From the sequence record MK962753.1: 64,000 nucleotides of DNA. The stretch is one strand, 5' to 3'. Below, piece by piece: positions 54,999-64,000 of this stretch. The position numbers and the translations under genes were made by a program. Each line of letters opens with the position of its first letter. The stretch's first letter is position 1. This DNA comes from Shigella phage JK32. The notes under the pieces are model-generated. The model saw only the letters and a list, made by a program, of their open reading frames with translations. It searched no databases and was not told the origin of the DNA.

Positions 54999-55931
54999 AT
55001 GTCAGGATATGTAACCAATAACCCAAGAGAATTAAAAGACGCTATTCTGCGTCGTTTAGGCGCACCAGTAATTAACGTAGAAGTCACAGAAGACCAGATT
55101 TACGATTGTATTCAGAGAGCACTAGAACTCTATGGGGAATATCATTTCGATGGTGTGAATAAAGGATATAAAGTATTTCGTGTTAGTGCAGAGCAAGCGC
55201 AACACGGGGTATTTGATTTAAGCGACTCTGGGGTATTCGCAGTAACTAAAATTATTCGAACAAACGTAGGTAGCGCGGCTACGATGGATGGTACTGCCGT
55301 TTATCCGTGGTTTACTGACTTTCTGTTGGGTTTAGCGGGTGTAAATGGCGGTTTAGGATCTGGCTGTAGTAAATTTTATGGTCCAAATGCAATGGGCGGT
55401 GATCTGGGATATTTCGAACAGCTTATGAGCTATCGCGCAACTATGCAAAACATGCTTAATCCTCTTCCCGATTACTGGTATAACAGCGCAAACGGACAAC
55501 TTAAGATCACTGGTAATTTTCGAGAAGGTGATCTCATTGTAGTTGAATTGTATGTTAAAAGCTATGTAGACGTTCCTGATATGATAGGAGCGGTCGCTGG
55601 CTATGCTCATGCTGGAGGATGCTCTACCGCTGGCGGAATTAGTGCTGTTTATGATAACCCAACCGCAGGATTGAGCGGGATTTCGGCAGGAATGGGACCA
55701 ATTAGAGAAAACAAACAGGGTGCATATAATAACCGTTGGGTGAAAGATATGGCTACCGCCTTCACTAAGGAGGTTTGGGGGTCAATCATGGCTAAACATC
55801 AAGGTCTGCAATTACCCGGCGGTGTCACTGTTGATGGTATACGAATCATTGAAGAAGCACGCGCCGACATTGAGAAATTGCGACAAGAATTAGAATTATT
55901 AGATCCTCCGTTCGGCATCCTCATGATTTGA
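54999..55931 (+). CDS. 13: Neck protein gp13
   Basis: 310 aa vs T4 gp13 309 aa; synteny. Confidence 0.85.
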   Translation: MSGYVTNNPRELKDAILRRLGAPVINVEVTEDQIYDCIQRALELYGEYHFDGVNKGYKVFRVSAEQAQHGVFDLSDSGVFAVTKIIRTNVGSAATMDGTAVYPWFTDFLLGLAGVNGGLGSGCSKFYGPNAMGGDLGYFEQLMSYRATMQNMLNPLPDYWYNSANGQLKITGNFREGDLIVVELYVKSYVDVPDMIGAVAGYAHAGGCSTAGGISAVYDNPTAGLSGISAGMGPIRENKQGAYNNRWVKDMATAFTKEVWGSIMAKHQGLQLPGGVTVDGIRIIEEARADIEKLRQELELLDPPFGILMI

Positions 55932-55967
55932 TTTATTGGGGGAGTATTCCCCCATTTGGAGTAACAT

Positions 55968-56708
55968 ATGTTTAACAACACTCTTTTTGCTCGCCTTGAA
56001 TCGCAAAAGGATTATGAGAATACACGACAAACAGAGATTCTTAATCCTTATGTGAACTTTCACAAATATACAAATACTCAGACGTTAGCCGACGTTATGG
56101 TCGCCGAAGCTATTCAGATGCGAGGTGTAGAATTATATTACATCCCTCGTGAATTTGTCAAACCAGATATGATATTTGGCGAGGATGTTCAAAGCAAATT
56201 TACTAAAGCATGGAAATTTGCGGCTTATATTAACTCATTTGATGGGTATGAAGGAGCGGGTAACTTCTTCTCTAGTTTCGGTTATCAAGCCAATGATGAA
56301 CTAACTTTTACGGTTAACCCCAACCTATTCAAGCATCAAGTAGATGATCAAGAGCCAAAATCAGGTGACTTGATTTATATTCCAATGAGTAATGATCTCT
56401 TTGAAATCAATTACGTCGAGCCATATCAGCCGTTTTTTCAGGCTGGCAAAAATGCCATGCGTAAAATTATTGCAGAGAAATTCGTGTATAGCGGTGAGGA
56501 ATTGCGACCAGAATTACAACGCAATGAGGGAATTAATGTTGATGAGTTTGCGGATCTGGATCTTGCACCGATCACTAATCTGGATGGGTTAACGGATATC
56601 AACTTAGATCAGTACAAAGAAGATAAGCAATTCAGAAGCGAAGGACAAGATTTTATTGACCCATTTGATCCTATTAATGGCAAGGGTTCACCTTTCGCCG
56701 ATTTTTGA
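55968..56708 (+). CDS. 14: Neck protein gp14
   Basis: 246 aa; synteny. Confidence 0.8.
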   Translation: MFNNTLFARLESQKDYENTRQTEILNPYVNFHKYTNTQTLADVMVAEAIQMRGVELYYIPREFVKPDMIFGEDVQSKFTKAWKFAAYINSFDGYEGAGNFFSSFGYQANDELTFTVNPNLFKHQVDDQEPKSGDLIYIPMSNDLFEINYVEPYQPFFQAGKNAMRKIIAEKFVYSGEELRPELQRNEGINVDEFADLDLAPITNLDGLTDINLDQYKEDKQFRSEGQDFIDPFDPINGKGSPFADF

Positions 56709-57568
56709 TAAATACTCATAAACAAGGGGGTCAAATGTTCGGTTGGCACTATAATTCGTCAATTAGACGGTATATTGTATTGCTGGGTAATTTATTCTCC
56801 GGCGTACAAATTAAAAGGGTGCGCAGTGACGGTGAGCGTTTTATTAAAGTTCCTATCACCTACGCAAAGAAAGAAAAATTCATGATGAGTCTGGACAAAT
56901 ATAACAATATCTCAAGTGAGGAAGACGTAGCAAAGGTAGAAACTATTTTACCTCGTATGTGTCTTTCTTTGATTGATATGACATACGCCCAGAACTTTAA
57001 AACCAATATTGCAAATAAGACAGTACCAAAATATACAGCGGATGGAATCAGGAGCGTAACACAATATAATCCTGTACCATATAAGTTTACTTTCGAGTTG
57101 GGGATTTATACGCGTAACGAAGATGATATGTTTCAGATAATTGAACAGATTCTTCCTTACTTCCAGCCTCATTTTAACTGTAAGATTAAAGAACTACACG
57201 GTAATGATGTATGGATTGATCGAGATATTCAGGTCACAATTAGTTCTATTACTCCAGATGAACAGGTAGGCGAAGATAAGTTTTCTCGTCGTCGTCTTGA
57301 GTGGACCATTATGTTTGAGTTCATCGGGTTTATCTATCCTCCAGCTACCGACGTTAAGGGGGAAATCAGAACGATTTATCTTGATTTTCATGCTAATTCT
57401 CGTGAATTAAATCCTAGCGGTAATTTTGAATCTGTGGATCACGAGGTCGTTAAACGTGATGTTGAGCAAGAAGATTGGGACGGAACTATCAAAGAATCAT
57501 ATTCTAGTGATATTCCAATACCAGTTGCACCAACTCCACCGGGTCCACGTATTGTAAGAGAATTTTAA
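56705..57568 (+). CDS. 15: Tail sheath stabiliser / tail terminator gp15
   Basis: 287 aa; synteny. Confidence 0.8.
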   Translation: MINTHKQGGQMFGWHYNSSIRRYIVLLGNLFSGVQIKRVRSDGERFIKVPITYAKKEKFMMSLDKYNNISSEEDVAKVETILPRMCLSLIDMTYAQNFKTNIANKTVPKYTADGIRSVTQYNPVPYKFTFELGIYTRNEDDMFQIIEQILPYFQPHFNCKIKELHGNDVWIDRDIQVTISSITPDEQVGEDKFSRRRLEWTIMFEFIGFIYPPATDVKGEIRTIYLDFHANSRELNPSGNFESVDHEVVKRDVEQEDWDGTIKESYSSDIPIPVAPTPPGPRIVREF

Positions 57569-57581
57569 GAGGTAAATTATT

Positions 57582-61190
<3,609 letters not shown>

Positions 61191-61221
61191 CGATAATGCA
61201 TAAAAAGATGAGGAAATTCTA

Positions 61222-63219
61222 ATGACTCTATTATCACCGGGTTTCGAAACGAAAGAAACTACTCTCTCCACTACCATTGTGCAATCTGCGACTGGTCGCG
61301 CGGCACTGGTGGGTAAATTCCAATGGGGTCCAGCTTTCCAGATTGTTCAAGTAACTAATGAAGTTGAATTAGTTAATAAATTTGGTCAGCCGGATAATAA
61401 CACCGCAGACTATTTCATGAGCGGGGCTAACTTCCTCCAGTATGGCAATGATCTGCGTGTTGTTCGTGTATTGAATACAGAAAAAGCGAAAAACTCCACC
61501 ACTCTCGCGGGTAACGTTGCATTTGAAATTACCAACGAAGGTTCCAACTATAAAGTTGGTGACGTAATTAAAGTAAAATATAAAAACTCAGAAATTGAAA
61601 CAGGCGGTAAAGTTACTAAAGTAAGCACCGAAGGTAAAGTTAAGGGAATCTTTATTCCGACTGGTAAGCTGATCGCACACGCTAAAGCTGTTGGTACTTA
61701 CCCAGAAGTAAACGGATATACCGTAGAAATCACTTCCGGTACGGGTAACTCTTCGGCATCTATTACTATTTCCAGCATTGTGACAGATTCCGGCTTGCTG
61801 TTAACCGACCTAGAAACTTCTCGCTCTAATATCACTAATCAGACTTTCTTGACCAAGCTGAAAAAATATGATATGCCAGCGGTGAGCGCAATCTATGCAG
61901 GTGAGATCGGAAACTCTCTGGAAGTTGAAATCCTTTCCCGTAGTGCATTTACTGGAACTGCTCCGAATCTGACCATGTATCCTTACGGTGGCGAACGTAC
62001 CGCTGCACGCAATCTGGTGGCATACGGTCCGCAGAATGATAACCAGTACGCATTTATTGTACGTCGTGATGGCGTTATGGTAGAATCCTTTGTACTATCC
62101 ACCGTAAAAGGTGATAAGGATGTTTACGGCAATTCCATTTATATGGATGATTTCTTTGCTCGTGGCGCAAGTCAGTACATCTACGCAACCGCTCAAGGCT
62201 GGGTGGATGGGTTTAGTGGCATCATCTCTCTTGCGGGTGGTCTGTCTGCTAATGAAGCATCCACCAACGACCATCAAAATGACCCGTTTATCGGTGCGAT
62301 GATGCAAGGTTGGGATTTGTTCGCTGAACGTGAAACTATCCACGTAAACCTGCTTATTGCGGGTGCTTGCGCTGGTGAAGGTGATAACTTCTCTACCGTA
62401 CAGAAATATGCTGTTTCCATCGGTGATGAGCGTCAGGATTGCTTAGTGATGGTTTCTCCGCCACGTAGCACCGTTGTTAATATTCCGGTCACTACCGCAA
62501 TTGATAACCTGATCCACTGGCGCGAAGGTAGCAACAACTACTCAGACAACAACATGAACATTAATACCACTTACGCGGTTATTGATGGTAACTACAAATA
62601 TCAGTATGACAAATATAACGATGTAAACCGTTGGGTTCCGTTGGCTGCTGATATTGCTGGCTTGTGTGCTCGTACTGATGCTGTATCCCAGCCGTGGATG
62701 AGTCCGGCAGGTTATAACCGTGGTCAGATCATGAACGTGGTTAAACTGGCAATTGAGCCTCGCAAGGCGCACCGTGACCGTCTGTATCAGGCCGCAATTA
62801 ACCCGGTAATCGGTGCTGGTGGTGAAGGTTTTATCCTGATGGGTGATAAAACCGCTACGACTGTTCCTAGCCCGTTTGACCGAATTAACGTTCGTCGTCT
62901 GTTTAACATGCTGAAAAAGAATATCGGTGATTCAAGCAAATACAAACTGTTTGAAAACAATGATAACTTTACTCGCGCTTCCTTCCGTATGGAGGTTTCG
63001 CAATATCTCAGCACGATTCGCTCTCTGGGTGGCATTTATGACTTCCGAGTACAATGCGACACCACAAATAACACGCCAGATGTAATTGATCGTAACGAAT
63101 TTGTTGCTAGCATGTTCATCAAACCAGCAAAATCGATCAACTATATCATGCTCAATTTCACTGCTGTTGCAACTGGTGCTGATTTTGACGAAATTATCGG
63201 TCCGGCTAACCAGGCATAA
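61222..63219 (+). CDS. 18: Tail sheath protein gp18
   Basis: 665 aa vs T4 gp18 659 aa; synteny. Confidence 0.9.
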   Translation: MTLLSPGFETKETTLSTTIVQSATGRAALVGKFQWGPAFQIVQVTNEVELVNKFGQPDNNTADYFMSGANFLQYGNDLRVVRVLNTEKAKNSTTLAGNVAFEITNEGSNYKVGDVIKVKYKNSEIETGGKVTKVSTEGKVKGIFIPTGKLIAHAKAVGTYPEVNGYTVEITSGTGNSSASITISSIVTDSGLLLTDLETSRSNITNQTFLTKLKKYDMPAVSAIYAGEIGNSLEVEILSRSAFTGTAPNLTMYPYGGERTAARNLVAYGPQNDNQYAFIVRRDGVMVESFVLSTVKGDKDVYGNSIYMDDFFARGASQYIYATAQGWVDGFSGIISLAGGLSANEASTNDHQNDPFIGAMMQGWDLFAERETIHVNLLIAGACAGEGDNFSTVQKYAVSIGDERQDCLVMVSPPRSTVVNIPVTTAIDNLIHWREGSNNYSDNNMNINTTYAVIDGNYKYQYDKYNDVNRWVPLAADIAGLCARTDAVSQPWMSPAGYNRGQIMNVVKLAIEPRKAHRDRLYQAAINPVIGAGGEGFILMGDKTATTVPSPFDRINVRRLFNMLKKNIGDSSKYKLFENNDNFTRASFRMEVSQYLSTIRSLGGIYDFRVQCDTTNNTPDVIDRNEFVASMFIKPAKSINYIMLNFTAVATGADFDEIIGPANQA

Positions 63220-63252
63220 TCAGTAAATTAGCATAGATTAAAAGTTAAATCA

Positions 63253-63273
63253 AGCGGGGAGAAGTTCCCCGCT
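63253..63273 (+). promoter_or_regulatory. Intercistronic RNA hairpin between genes 18 and 19
   Basis: agcggggagaagttccccgct, no T-run; same stem as the hairpin after gene 19. Confidence 0.4.
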
Positions 63274-63292
63274 CTATTAAGGAATATCAATT

Positions 63293-63787
63293 ATGGCACT
63301 CGATTTGAATGATATTACACGCGGTTTCGAGTCTGGCGATTTTGCTCGTCCTAACCTGTTTGAAGTTGAGATCCCATATCTGGGGCAAAACTTTAAGCTG
63401 ATGTGTAAGGCTGCTACTGTCCCGGCTGCTACCGTAGAAAAAATCGCTGTAGGTTATCAAAACCGTAAAATTAACATCGCTGGCGACCGTGTATACGACG
63501 ACTGGACCATCACTGTATTCAACGATGACGCACACAAGATCCGTGATGCTATCGTTGCATGGAGCGATCAGACACATGGCACTGGTTCGGCGATCACGGG
63601 TGCAACTCCGGCACAATATAAGAAACAAGCTATTGTTCGTCAACTTAACCGTAACACCGAAGCATCAAGCGAAAAAACATTGTACGGTATTTTCCCGCTT
63701 AATGTCGGTGAAGTTACTCTCGATTGGGATCAAAACAACGAAGTTGAAACCTTCGAGGTTACTTTCGCTATCGATTGGGTAGAATAA
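63293..63787 (+). CDS. 19: Tail tube protein gp19
   Basis: 164 aa vs T4 gp19 163 aa; synteny. Confidence 0.9.
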   Translation: MALDLNDITRGFESGDFARPNLFEVEIPYLGQNFKLMCKAATVPAATVEKIAVGYQNRKINIAGDRVYDDWTITVFNDDAHKIRDAIVAWSDQTHGTGSAITGATPAQYKKQAIVRQLNRNTEASSEKTLYGIFPLNVGEVTLDWDQNNEVETFEVTFAIDWVE

Positions 63788-63797
63788 ATATATTATC

Positions 63798-63818
63798 ACG
63801 CGGGGATTATTCCCCGCT
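63798..63818 (+). promoter_or_regulatory. Intercistronic RNA hairpin between genes 19 and 20
   Basis: cgcggggattattccccgc; same gcgggga/tccccgc stem as 63253-63273. Confidence 0.4.
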
Positions 63819-63843
63819 TAATATCTCCCAATCGAGGTGAATA

Positions 63844-64000
63844 ATGTTTAATAGATTAAAGATGCTTGCGCGTTGGGCGGATTTCGACAACGACAAATAC
63901 GAAGAACAAATTAAAGCAAAAGCGGAATCTATCGCTGCACCAAATAACAGTGATGGTGCTACGGAAGTAGAAATAAACGATAATACCCCCGCTAGTGCAT
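63844..64000 (+). CDS. 20: Portal vertex protein gp20, N-terminal part (continues beyond window)
   Basis: MFNRLKMLARWADFDNDKYEEQ resembles recalled T4 gp20 N-terminus; synteny. Confidence 0.75.
   Translation, partial: MFNRLKMLARWADFDNDKYEEQIKAKAESIAAPNNSDGATEVEINDNTPASA

Overview
This window is a segment of a T4-like (Tevenvirinae-type) myovirus genome, identified by protein sequence recall and by gene order matching T4 (57B-57A-1-3-2-4 | 53-5-5.1-5.4-6-7-8-9-10-11-12-wac-13-14-15-16-17-18-19-20). No searches were run; all calls rest on reading the sequence. Positions 1-37.6 kb are an early/accessory block on the minus strand: nrdG, nrdD, endonuclease VII (49), a glutaredoxin, dam, tk, rI, regB, a macrodomain, an SLT transglycosylase, a GrcA homologue, two HNH homing endonucleases, an M15 peptidase endolysin, many small membrane ORFs, and 57B/57A/1/3/2/4. 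This block is punctuated by at least 17 near-identical sigma70 early promoter plus leader cassettes. Positions 37.6-64 kb are the plus-strand baseplate, neck, terminase and tail cluster. The most unusual feature is the large terminase gene (17): it is fractured into two overlapping ORFs in different frames at an intein insertion site. Hint block A plus a zinc-ribbon and gp4-like nuclease domain are fused to the N-extein, and the remaining Hint blocks are fused to the C-extein, which reads as an atypically split intein. Other notable items are an early-promoter-driven three-gene methyltransferase module inserted between baseplate genes 8 and 9, a phage GrcA homologue flanked by homing endonuclease genes, a perfect 266-bp tandem duplication, expanded paralogue families around nrdDG, and a fibritin with an extra domain after the foldon. 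Many start codons in the ORF track look over-extended; true starts often sit directly after a conserved GGAGAATCAAA leader.
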